Positions 11,340 through 24,049 of a stretch of 64,000 bases of DNA are shown here, one piece after another. Each line of letters starts with the position of its first letter. Within the stretch, counting starts at the first letter, position 1. The notes beneath the pieces are model-generated. The model was not told where the DNA came from and ran no database searches. It saw only the letters and a list, made by a program, of their open reading frames with translations. The stretch comes from Yuukianura sp. NJ FZ-2021 (lineage: Eukaryota). Made by a program: the position numbers and the translations under genes. The stretch covers positions 14,012,001-14,076,000 of the forward strand of contig CM102286.1 in the NCBI GenBank assembly GCA_046563655.1, in the 5' to 3' direction.

Positions 11340-14100
11340 ATGAAGCTCAAGGTCATGAAGGTCAAAAATGATCGTTGTCAGTTCTTAGTAGTTTTGATTT
11401 TGTGTTGTAAATATCAAATTGTTGCTGGACTTGATCCAAATGGTAACATACTTATTTCATTTAACTACTTTATTTAAATTTTTAAAGTTTTAATTTATAT
11501 TTTAATACGTTATTAAACTATTTCAATTAAGGTATAAGTGAAGCCATAGAAGACAAAGAAGAAGAGCTGACAGATTTTGGAGATTTTTTAGGCGAAATTC
11601 CACAAAATAGTGACAGTAACAATCGCCTTAAAAGTGAAAAGGGATGTGGAAAGTTACCAAAAGGTTTTGACTATTTAAAATAACATATAAATAAAAAATA
11701 TTTTGAAATTTTAAAAGTTTTACATTTCTAGAAAAACCACCTTTGACCTTGATGGAATACAAGGCCATTCGAGATAAAGCTTTGAATGTAAGGCACAAGT
11801 AAAGTGTGTTTTTTTTTCAAAATTCATTTTTTGAACTTTTTTTTTGAAATTTGGATTTCCGTTTTCATTTTTTGAACAGCAAGAAGACAAGTTCCAACTC
11901 GGCGGGTCATTGACCTTGAACGCCCGGGAACGCAAGGTCAATCGGATTTTGATGAACTACAAAAACAAAGAATTTGAGCAAGGTCTCGTCACAAGTGGAT
12001 TGCGAATTCCATTTCCAGCGGGAATGCACTTTTACCATATCAAAAAGTTTATTAATCACTCCAACGTCTACAAGATCATCAAGTTGATGCCTAAAGGTCA
12101 GTGACCTTTGCCCTTTGACGTACCACCTTACTGAACTTTGTAACGTTCCGGTCAAGGTTCCTTGACAAAGAAAAATGAATTTTCTTTAACAGGTTGAGTA
12201 CTACCTCGCTTGTTGACAAAAAAAAAAAAAGTTAAAATGACAATTTTGATATAGTACCAATCCAACAAATTGGTACCAATTCGTATCCAAAATTAAAAAA
12301 ATTCGGCTGTATTAATTATGACTACGATACCCGGAAATCAAAAGACAATTTTTCTTGTAGAAATCGGGAAAAAAAGCATGAGGTATTACTCAACCTGTTC
12401 AAGAAAATCAAAGCAAACAAACCTTGATTTAGGTGGAGTTTTGCATTTGCATGACCTCCAAAGTGGATCCATGGAGTTTGCTGTGCAGTTGACTAAAATG
12501 ATGCCGAATCTGTACATGTGCTGGGACGCCACACATGTTTTGCGGTTTGAATTTTTCACGACGCCAACAGTCGCGTCTTACTGCGTCACGGATTGGATTT
12601 TGGTGGAGCAATTTAGGCGTAATGCCTCCAGCTCAGAATTTGTCGACGACATTTTCCTAAGGAAAATGCGACTGTTCACGGACACTCCTGAAGGTACGGT
12701 AGCATGAAACTGACCAAGGTCACATGACCTTTGACCTCTCACCTTTGACCTAAAATTTTGAAATTTTGTGTTACCAGTGGACTACCCGGATAATAATGCT
12801 GCTTGGCGTATTTTTATAAACACGATCATAACGACAGGCGGACTGCTTGGTTATGAAAACGCAACGAGACTTTACTTTTACAATTTGCTCCAACAGTTTT
12901 ATGATGACAATTGCCAGTACATTGAAGTCCGAAGTCTCTTGGAATTCGTAAAACTTCGAACACTTTTTCAAAAAATTTTCCAAAATTTTATATTTTCAAA
13001 ATTTTGTTTAGTTTTATAGATTGGATGCAGAAAATCCAGCTTTGAGTGAAGCCGAAGTTTTACAACTGTTTAAAGACGTCACCGATAAATTTGTGGCTGA
13101 ACATCCAGATTTCTGGGGCGCAAGGATTATTTACTCTCCGCGCAGAGTCATTCCCGAATCAGCTATGGCCGAAAAGTAAAATTCAAAAACAGGTTTCAAA
13201 ATTTGGAAATTCTCAAAATTTTGAATTCCTTGTAGACTTGCTATTGCCGTAGAGCTGAAGAAGAAGTTTCCAGAATTCCTTGCCGGTTTTGACATGGCAT
13301 TTCATGAAGACATGGCATACCCACTGGACTACTACAAAGCTCCTCTGCTCAAGGCGTCCGCTCAGGGACTCAAATTTTTCTTCCACGCAGGAGAAACTGG
13401 TACACTGGGAGAAAATTTCATGTCGTCAAAAAGTTTTTCCAAATTTTCAAAATTTTGAAATTTCAGATTGGCACGGAACTAGAATCGACGACAACTTGCT
13501 TGACGCTGTTCTGTTGAACTCTACCAGAATTGGACACGGAACAGCCCTCAACGCTCGACCGTACCTCGTGGAGAAAATCAAAGAAAAAGGAATTGGTTTA
13601 GAAGTTAATCCAATCTCTAGTCAGGTTTGACTTAAATTTAGTAGATAGTTAAGCTAAAGTTAAAATTTAAATTTTAAATTCTACTTTGGCGCCAAATTTC
13701 CTAGGTTTTGAAGCTCAGTTCAGCTGACATGCGCACTCATCCTACAATTCCGTTCATTCGTGACGGATTTCCAATGGTAATTTCATGTGACGACGCAGGG
13801 TCACTTGGAACTAACAATTTGTCCTATGATTTGTACATGGCTTTCATGGCCATGGCGGGACAACGTGCTGACCTCCGGTTTTTGAAACAACTTGTTATAA
13901 ATTCAATCAAGTAAGTTTTAATTTATATTAATTAAAATGTAATTAACTTTTGACTATTGATATTTTAATTTATAGCGTGTTTTTTGAATTTTAGGTACAG
14001 TGCTATGTGTGACAGCGAAAAATCGAGAAACATGAGACGTTTGCGGAAAAAATGGAATATATTTTTAAAAGAAGTTTTGATACAGTTTCCCACCAGTTAG
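11340..14100 (+). CDS. ADA2: Secreted adenosine deaminase 2 / ADGF family
   Basis: Signal peptide, MPKG|GVLHLHD, GFD..HED, FFFHAGET, TRIGHG, EVNPIS, ISCDD, LKQL..NSI.YS. About 11 exons, TAG at 14098-14100. Confidence 0.93.
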
Positions 14101-14209
14101 AAAGTAAATTAAAAATATTGCATAGCTAAAGTTTAGTTGGACTTCCAGTTTTTTTTTGATGCAAAGATTTTATTTTATGAAGCTTTATTTGGAAACTTTT
14201 TTTGGGCTC

Positions 14210-17199
14210 TTAGCGCTTTACAAGTCCAATTCTTATGAACAGTTGTCTGCAACTTGATCTAAAACGTTCCAGGAGTGACGAAATGGCTGAAGTGACTGGT
14301 GCAAAAAGTTTGGCATAATTTTCTTGGTCATACGTTGGTGAAATTGGAATCCACGAAGCACATTTGTATCTATTAAAAAAGTCAAAGGTCAAAGGTCACC
14401 AAATGTCAAAAGTCATCACACATCAAAGGTCAAAAGTCACTAAAGTCAAAGTTACCAAAGTTCAAAAGTGAGGACTTACTTTTGTAGATGAAATGTGATG
14501 AATGGAAGGTCGTAGGAATCTTCTAGGTGGCCGGGATTTGGTCTTGCGTTGCCAAAATTTTCCTCCCATTCGTCCAACCCACGTTCCTTACGCGTACCTT
14601 TGATTTCAAATTTAAAAAACTTAAATTTTATGAACGAAATTTGAAAAATGTAAGTTTTTCAAATTTACCTGGAATTGTGTTGTCTAAAATGAAACCAAAA
14701 AATCCTCCAAGAAACATGCCCGTCCTGAGTAAAATTGTGAGCATTTCATTCAGCGCTTGATTGTTTACAAGCACAATGTTCCTATTCTTTTCCTGACCCA
14801 TCCACTGTGACAATGACTGTACAGTACATGATACATAAAAGTTCAGAATTTTGAAAAATTTGAAAGTTGGATTTTCGATTTTCTAAAGTTTTTTTTTTCG
14901 AAACTTACGAGTGAGAAAAACACGGAGAAGCCAATAACAAATAAGTTTCTGGCCGACGAGAGGTCAACGCCCTTCAGGTTCAAAATTCCCACGGAAGTGA
15001 TCATGGCAAATGCAATGGTCAGGAAAGCACCGACGATTGGTTCTGGAATGCTCACGAAGATGGCATTGAACTTTCCAAAAATTGACAAAACGACCATCAG
15101 AACCCCGCCAATTTGAATGACCCGCCGTGACCCCACTTGCGTGACCCCGATTGACCCCGTATTCTCACTATAAGAAGTTGTGCCACTGGCGGAACCCCAA
15201 ATTCCAGCAATGATACAGCCAAGTCCTTCTATAAAAATTCCACGGTTGATGGAATGCAGGGGTGGGGCCTTCGCACCTACATTTTTCAAAAAGTTCAAAA
15301 TTTTATTAAAAATTTTTCAAAATTTCGAATCCCTTACCGACGAGTCTTGCACAAGCAAAGTAGTCTCCAATAGACTCAATAATTCCGGCAATAACGCCTG
15401 ACAAAATTCCAAAAACTGCTCCGACTCTTACTATTGGTGAACCCCATTGACCTGGATTTTCAAAATGGTTTTTTGAAAATACTTTGAAAACGAGTTTTTC
15501 AAAATTTTAAAAAATGTTAAAGTTTTACCTGGGTATGGAACATAAAAAAATTTCGACTCGTAAAAAATTGTTAAATTGGTAAACCCAGGATTCATCGGTG
15601 AAATTGCTCCGGCATACTTCAGAATCCCACAAATGCTCCACATTATGGCCATTCCCAGCAGAATCTTTGTTCAAGCCAAACTCACTTAGCAAAATTTTGA
15701 AATTTAGAATTCAAAATGTTCAATTTTGGAACTTCCTTACAGGCAAACTTTGAAAAACTTTGTACGTCAAGTGCCCTCTGCGTTTTGGTGACTTTGTAAA
15801 AGGAATTGGGATTTTGAAATCACGGAAGTATTGACTCAGGATAATAATCAGAATCATAGTTCTAAAAAATTGATTAAAATATTTTAGTTAAATGTATTAT
15901 TTTACACATTTTATTATTTATACTATGTTCTTACGGAAATGAAATCCAGATATTGGTCATAGTAGGTCCCGCAGCGATTCCAAACAGCGATAATCCAATC
16001 ATCATAATACTTGGAGCAACCGTAAGTGGTGTAATGTAGCGCAAAATCAAACCAACAAAACCTAACCAAAATTTAGAAAATTTCAAAAATTTTCTTCAAA
16101 ATTTAGCACTCAAAAAATTTTGAAGCATGTTACCGAAAAATCCAAAAATGACTTGAAAAATCGAGGCGACTATAATTGCTCCCTGAATTACACGCATTCT
16201 GCAAGACACGGAGAGTTTCCATAAGGAATTCAAAAAAGTTGAGTTTTTTTTTAAATTTTTCAAATTTTGAAATTTTTACCGCTCTTGCCAAATTTGTTTT
16301 CTGACCTCTGGGTCAACATACTCTCCTTCCTTTGGACACGGAATGGTCCACGTATGACGCTGCAGAACAGCAAGCGTCGAAACAAGAAACGCTGCACTGC
16401 CACCTTGGACTATGGGCAGACGAGTGCCAAAACTACTTTGCAAAATTGTCACCACTCCAGACACCAGCATGAACGTCGCAACTACCTTCAATGCAAAATG
16501 TGAATTTGTTAAAAGAAGAATTCAAAATTCAAAAAAGTTCATTAAAAAGCATTTCTAAAAAGTTCAAAAACTATACTTTGGCTTTATCCGGGTCATCTTC
16601 AGCCATACACATTGCCTTTGTCAGAATAAACGGTCCAGATAGAGCAGTTCCCGCCATCATCAGATACACCTAAAATGCCATTAAAAAAATTATTTAAAAA
16701 ATATTTTTTTTCCGTTCGTTTTATATTAAAAATGGAACAAAACTTACCTGAAGTGACAAAAAGAAAGTCGCAAAAACCGAAGGAACCTGGAAATTACGAA
16801 GCAAAAGTTAACTTTTAAGTTAACTTATTTAATTATTATTTGATTAATTATATTATATTTTAATTAAATTATATTTTAGTTAGTTTTACATCGTCAATTT
16901 CGTAGTACATGGAGTACTTGTCATGTTCCTTGGGTTCAATTGGTTCCGGTTCAATAGTGGACACAATCATAGACGATTGTGTTCCGCTTGGTTCGTGTAC
17001 AAACCTGTCGTTTGGACGCGGATCTGGGCCAATGTCAACTGCAACTCCACTGGATGAGCCAAAATTATTGTCCATTTCAATTGGTTGTGGTGAATTCTAG
17101 AAATTTCAGATCAGTTTTTTCAAAATTTTTCTATTTTTCAAAAATTTAAAAATTTCTAAGTACCGAGTAGACTCTTGTATTTGGACTTTTGGTGTCCAT
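14210..17199 (-). CDS. SLC23/NAT nucleobase(-ascorbate) transporter
   Basis: [25 protein letters not shown], the NAT signature [31 protein letters not shown] and LDNTIPG. Multi-exon; the ATG at 17199 is inferred. Confidence 0.92.
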
Positions 17200-17857
17200 A
17201 ATCCACTTCGATCAGAATTGAAACTAAATTCGGAAGTGAGGAAGCTTTTTGACCCGAAAAATTTTGAACCTTGAACTGGTTTGGTTCAATTCAAATCCAA
17301 CCACATTCAATTTAAATTTCCTCATAAAAAACCGAAAAGTTTAATTTTGTACGCAAAATGATCCAGTTTATGCGTGATGTGGTTAAAATTTTGAAAATTT
17401 TCTAAGAAACTATGAAGCTAACACTCATTTTGAGACTTGTTTGGAAAATATTTCCCATCCCACAATCATGAATAATCCGGAAATGGTCTTCGGTTGTTCT
17501 CTAGTTCTACCTCATTTGATTCCGTTTTTATTAGCAAATAATCTGACTAAAATTCAAAATATACTCTGCTGGAATTTGAAATTTTGATGATCAAATTAGA
17601 ATTTGGTTTGATTCTAGGAAAATTTGTCAACATTTGGCAAAAAATCTTATGTTTTACACTTGATGGTTTGGAGGAGAGTTTTTAGTATTTAACATTATTG
17701 TCAGCCAATTGCAGCAGTCATTTGCACAATTTGTCTTGTTCCTCGCTGTTACACAAAACCATAATATACCTATAGTTGTTGCTGTTGAGAATTTCAGTTT
17801 CTGAAATTCGAAATTCAGAAATTTCGGATTGACAAGAAAATTTTTTATAGAAAAAGA

Positions 17858-18329
17858 ATGGCTAAATTCTTGGCTCAACTTTTTATCTCATTTGTCACTT
17901 TCGCCATCTTCTTACAAATCATCATCGCGAAACCGGACGGTAACACTGACCGAATTTTATTTCGATTAAAGAAAATCTTGGTGCGATTTTTTCCACCATG
18001 AGGAAATTTCGATTTATGATTTTTCAAATTTCTATGCGTGAAAGTAATTGAATTCAAAGTTCAATTTAGATTTTTTTTTGAAAGTTCCTGCGATTGCTAG
18101 CTTTGGAATTTTTGATGACATTGGGGCGAGTGCTGGCGAAGAAGTTCAACATTCAATTCATTCTTCCCGGTACGTCAACGCAGGACTCCGCAACATACGA
18201 CTTCCGACAGACAAATGTGAAGAGTCTCCGTGTGGACAAAATGTACGCCATTGTCCACATCCTTGTACATTCAACAGTTACTTTTGCTCCGGATACGACG
18301 GAGTTACGTATGACGAATGCTGTTGTTAA
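17858..18329 (+). CDS. Secreted cysteine-rich peptide (8 Cys, ends CCC)
   Basis: Signal exon MAKFLAQLFISFVTFAIFLQIIIAKPD, a phase-1 intron, then a pro-region and CEESPCGQNVRHCPHPCTFNSYFCSGYDGVTYDECCC-stop. Confidence 0.8.
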
Positions 18330-18814
18330 GTAATCACAATTCCAGGTAATGTTAAAGTAATCGCGATGTTGAAGTAATCGATTTCACTTATTGAGCAATT
18401 ACTCCGTATTTGTATTTTTATTTGAATTTTGCTCTATCTTTGGTTTTGAAGTCCTAATCGGTTGTGCGTGTTGTAAATTTTGTACATGCAGTTGACAATA
18501 AATGTTTAATTTTAATTTCAATTTTTTTAATTGTGCTAATTTAACAATTTAAATTAATTAGTCAATCGAAATTTATTCGCTATTGTTCGTAGATTTCAAA
18601 CGGGGTTTCTATTGTCTCTAGATTTGAAATGAGACGCTTATCTTAATCTCAATTTGAGACAAAAAGAAGCGCCAACAAAATGTAAACAAACTCAGATGTT
18701 AATCGCAAGTGGTTCTGTTGAATTGTTTGGATTAACAATTAATCTGACTTAATTAACAAAAGTTAGTTAGAGTGGTATACAGACTGTATAATACAGTAAA
18801 AGGACAGCGTAATC

Positions 18815-21073
18815 ATGAGTAACATTTACATTCAGGAACCACCGACTAGTGGCAAGGTAAGAACAATTATCAATTCGTTCCCGTCTAAAATGTTACCTTA
18901 GTTCTTATTAATTTAGAAAGTTAATTTTACTTTCGTCGGTAATGTATAGGTTTTGCTAGAGACAACAGCAGGAGACATTGATATCGAATTGTGGTCTAAG
19001 GAAACTCCGAAAGCATGCAGAAACTTTGTACAATTATGTAAGTCATTTTTAAACTAATTGAATGAGGTAAAAATCTCAAGGTCAGTTAAATTTTGGAATA
19101 ACGTTGACTGTCACGCTGGGGGTTATGATTAACATTGGTGTGGAATCTTTTAGGTATGGAAGGCTACTACAATAACCTAATTTTTCATCGTCTGGTGAAA
19201 GGTCAGTAGTTGGAAGGAACGAAATGTCGTAGAAGGAACGATATGAGACTACTAAATTCAGCACTGTGACTAGTAACAAATTACTGGTACGTACTTGTGG
19301 TAATTGATCATTTTGTTTTGTTATGATCTGTAGACTTCATAGTGCAAGGCGGGTGTCCTCGAGGAGATGGTACAGGAGGGAACTCCATTTGGGGGAAGCC
19401 TTTCAAGGTAAGTTGATAAGCATTGCCAGTAGCAAGAAGTCATTCAGCCGAAACGATAAATAAAGAACAATTTAAGGATGAAATCCACTCTCGACTTCGA
19501 TTTACTCGTCGTGGACTGGTGGCAATGGCTAATGCAGGAAGAGATGACAATGGATCACAGTTCTTTTTTACGCTTGGACCCACACCAGAATTACAAGGTA
19601 TAACGATGTCTTTGAATTGGACCAATCATGTCACACGTATCATTGGATAACTGATTGAACATGCTCTATTTTATGATCAGGGAAGCACACAATCTTTGGA
19701 AAAGTTGGTGGCAATACTATTTACAACATGATTAAGTTGGGCGAGGGTGAAACTGATGCGGTAAGTTGACTTTTCAGGAAACGTTTTCATTCATTTAGAG
19801 TTACGTAATTACATGAGTCATTGAAAAACTGTAGGATGAGCGACCAGCCTACCCTTACAAAATACTCGGTGCCAAAATTCTGAATAATCCTTTCGATGAC
19901 ATCGTACCGAGGGAGATTATCAAAAAAGAGAAAAAGAGCAAGGAAAAGAAAACTGCTGTTGCAACGAAGTAATTTTCAAGAATGTGTAACTTCTGGCTTT
20001 ATTTAAAACTAACATTTGTCTGCATTTAGGAATTACAAACTGCTTTCTTTTGGAGAAGAGGCTGAAGAAGATGAAGGCGAAGTTACTGAAATCGTCAAAA
20101 GTTACAGCAGTAAAGGCAAGTCCAGTCATGACTTGACCAATGACCCCAAGCTAAGTTCTCAAGCAGTCGAAATTGAACCGGGTAGTAAATCTTCCAAGAA
20201 AAAACGAAGCAACTCCGACAGCGATGTGGAACGAGACACCGAAGCAAAGTAAAGAGTGACGTTTGTTCACAGGAAACAAAATTTTGAAAAACAAGTCTAA
20301 AATTCTCATTTTTTAGGAGCAGTGAATTGTCGCTGGAGTCAGTTCGTTCCAAATTGACGAAGAAGGAACAACCTGAGAAGAAAAAGTTAAAATCCGATCC
20401 AAAACCTGCTACCGCTGGAAGTGACTCTGACGGAGAATACTATTTGGGAAAAGACGAAGAAATTGAGAAGCAGCGCAAGTTGGAAGCGATCAAGAAAGAA
20501 GTCAGAGATCTCCGTCGTGAAATGAAACAATCGAAAAAACATGCTGATCATGAAACCTCTTCCAAAACTTCAGGAGACGACCACAAATCTAAATTGGCCG
20601 AAGGAAATAGCATGGTCAAGGATTTTCTGGACACTCAGAAAGAATACAAAGAAAAGTCGGTCAAAGGAAAAGGAAGCGACCGTGAAGCAGCGACTTTGGC
20701 AATGTTGGCTAAATTCAAGGACAAACTTCAAACTGCGACGGAAACTTTTGGAGAATTGGAACCTTCAACCTCAAAAGCAGAAGAAGGAGAAGAAGTTGAC
20801 GAGGATCTTAATGACACCTCATGGTAAGTTTTCAAAAAAAACTAAACTAAATATCACAACTTTTCAATTTTGTTCAAAATGTTAAATTCTTTTCGAAATT
20901 TTAGGCTCGCAAGGAAACTCGTTTATGAGAAGACTGATCCTGTTTTGGCCAAAGACGCTTCGACCAAAGCCGACGATTGGTTTGAAATAACTGATCCGCG
21001 AAATGCTCTTGCAAAACGCCGGCGGGAAAAGAAAGATAAAGACCACAAGTCCAAAAAGCATTCAAAAAAGTGA
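18815..21073 (+). CDS. CWC27: Spliceosome-associated cyclophilin CWC27
   Basis: [69 protein letters not shown], and C-terminal [15 protein letters not shown]. Confidence 0.96.
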
Positions 21074-21890
21074 CTCTTCAGTGATGCTTCCAGTTTTGTA
21101 CAATTATAATTTATATTTATTCACTGAGTATTTGGATTCTATAAACTTAACTTTTTTTTTGAAATTCTACTTTTCTAGTCACATGCATAAATGTTTTCTT
21201 ATGCCTCGTGCTTCCATGCACACAAACAGGATTCCCGGATGCTTTATCCTTGACCTGTTGTCACATTGACTAAAATCTGAATTTCGTCTCATGGCACGCT
21301 CTCAAGATTACACAAAAATCAAGAAACTCCTAGAAAAACGTGGCCAGACGAAGAATGAATTTTTGAAATGAAAGTAGACAGGATAAGGAATCGTGACATG
21401 AAGCAGGCAGCATCCAAAGCGATTAGGTTTTTCAATTGCTCCCACTTGTGGGTGCGCAGATTAGTCTTAATTTTATGGCACTTTAAACGCCCATGAACCA
21501 TCATTTGCTTTCTGTCCAGCTTCTTTTGGCTATGCCAGATAGTAACATTAACCTCAAACGTTGCGGTTTTTGTATTCATGAACTTAACTTTTTAGACTAA
21601 AGTCACTGCAACTTAAACAGGATGGACTCATATTCCAGAAAGTACGAGTGACGACACTACGTCTTTTGTATATCTTTCTTCTTTGCGTGTCACTGCAATG
21701 TACTTTTCCGTAACAAAAACTTTTGAAAAGCTTTCAATTGGCCAGATTCTCAAAATTTTGAAGGACGCGACCGTCAAAAGTTTCAATTAAACTGGGAAAC
21801 TCCAAGGCTTTCATTTCTTAGATTTCTAAAAACTGCAACAGTGAAATTTTGTGACCTTTTCGATTTTGAAAACTTTCCTTTTTTTCGAAA

Positions 21891-24049
21891 ATGGGAAAGC
21901 AAATGACTGATCCGTTATACACAATTACACCAGCATTTCGAACGGGTTATGGTAAGGATTTTTGAGCAACAAAATTTTGAAAGAAGATTTTTGAATTTTA
22001 AATTTTTTGAAATCTAGAACCTGGTGGATTGTGCAAAGGTCCGTGCAAAGTTGCCACTTTTTGTGCGTTGAGCGTTGTACTTCCAGCAACGCTCATCTCG
22101 ATTGCCCTTCTGATGCGATTTGTGATTTGTGGAAGTTACAGCTACTTTATGGCTCCTTCGGACATGATGATTTTGGATCAAGGAATTTCAACGATTTGGT
22201 GTCAAGTGAGTCCATTTCCAAAAATTAAACTACTTTTTCAAAAATATGAAATATACGCAGTACTTTGCTCCAGTTTTTTATTGAGGTCAATGACCTTGCA
22301 TGCTTTTGTGGGAAAGAGTCAAAAGTGGCTCAACTTTTGGTTTTTCTGGTTAAATTTACGTCTTAACGTACCCTATCAAACTTTAATTTAATCGTCAATT
22401 AACTTTAATGTGGTTTTCACTACTGTTCGACCTTTGTAACTGCCAGTTGCTTTGTATTTAGTACTTACCAAGAAAAGATCCAAGTTCAAATCTACATACG
22501 TAGTTGAACTTTGACCAAAACTGAAAACACTTTTATGCTTTTTGTCACATTTTTCAAGAATTTGCTAAATTGCATTACCAATTGCTACAAAATAAAATTG
22601 CTAATATTTGTCACACGTTAAGAAAACAGTTTACGCCTGCCAGAAACAGGAGAATAAATGAAATGAAAATTAAAAATGTTCGTTTTTTTTTTAAAGTTGG
22701 AAGATGACCTTTGACCTTTACTTATTTTTTTACAGGGTGAACGTGTTAATATGAACTCCAGTTTTACGGCGTACTTGACCCAGGGCGAGCCTACACTCCG
22801 GAAGTCCCCTGATCCGCTCGTGTTCACTAAAACTCTGATAGTTCCAGACGATCACAAGGAGTACTGGGGCTTCTATTTACTCAAAGGATCTGCCTTTAGT
22901 CTCTCAACATGTGCAAAGTACGTTCAAAACACAAAACAAACAATTTTTAGAAAATAGGATTCCAAAATTTCGAAATTTTTAATTTTGTGTCGTTTTAGAT
23001 TCAAAGGTGCTACGGTGCTGGTAGTTCAAGGCCGATCTCATCTTCATCACTGTGCTTACATTGGCAACATGGATTCAGCTGGAAATTCAGATGAGCACTC
23101 AGATTCAAAGAGTTTTGAATCCGAAAGACTTTCTCCCGGCTCAATCCGAAAACTTTCGAATTCCACGGGATCCCAAGAAGAAATGACTAAAATCCTAAAC
23201 CAAATTAGATCTTACGTCAAAAGTCACCCGAGAGGTTACAATCATCTTCAAAAAAACTTATTTGGACTGTTTCAACAAAACGGGACGTCTGACGCAGTCG
23301 CCGAAGTCAAATCACGACGACGACGTCGCCGGAGTCTAGAAGCCAGGAACAACAGAGAAGTCGGCAGAATTTACAGAAGACATGCGCGGCCCATTTTCAC
23401 TCCGGAGGATAACTCAGCCCATGAAGAAGATTTGGACTTCCAAATCAATGTCAATGACCTGTCAGAGGTCAAGGTCACGGAGAAGTCAGAGGTCAAGGTC
23501 ACGGAGAAGTCAGAGGTCAAGGTCACTCAGACTTCAATTTGGAAGAACCATGAAATTGGAACTTTCAATTTATCGACTGTAGACGATGGAAGTAACTCTG
23601 AATCTGAATCGAGTTTTTCGAGTAGTGAAGAGGCTTTGGCTCGCTGTGAAGGAATTGTGGGAATTTTCAATTTGAATCGATCTGAAACTTGTGGAAATGG
23701 ACTTCATAATTTTCAGTTTAACTTTACAATTAAGGAATCCGGTTTTTATTATTTCATATTCGGTTCAGAAAATGAGAAAACGAGTAATTTGATGAATGTT
23801 AACTTGGTTGTTGAAAGAGTAGAGTATGACCTGCCAGCTCCGCTTGGAAATTGTACAAATGTGAACAATTGTGAAGTTGGACTGGAGTTCGCGTCAAATC
23901 AAAAGTTTGTAGTGTCAATCCCTCCAGCACTTTCAGAAACTTGGGAAGAAATATTTTATGTTGAGACTGACTGTGTTCCAAGGACTTCAATTTATTTAGT
24001 TTTCGTACTTATGGTCCCACTTATGATACTAATTTTTGCATTTCAGTAA
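21891..24049 (+). CDS. APD1-4 N/middle-domain (DUF4792/4793-type) membrane protein, no RING
   Basis: N-terminal TM, ISTIWCQ, EYWGFYLLKGS, GFYYFIFGSENE, C..VNNC and a C-terminal TM CVPRTSIYL..IFAFQ. Four exons. Confidence 0.7.
23461..23526 (+). repeat. Coding 24-bp tandem repeat (SEVKVTEK x2.75)
   Basis: GTCAGAGGTCAAGGTCACGGAGAA is repeated exactly, in frame. Confidence 0.9.
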
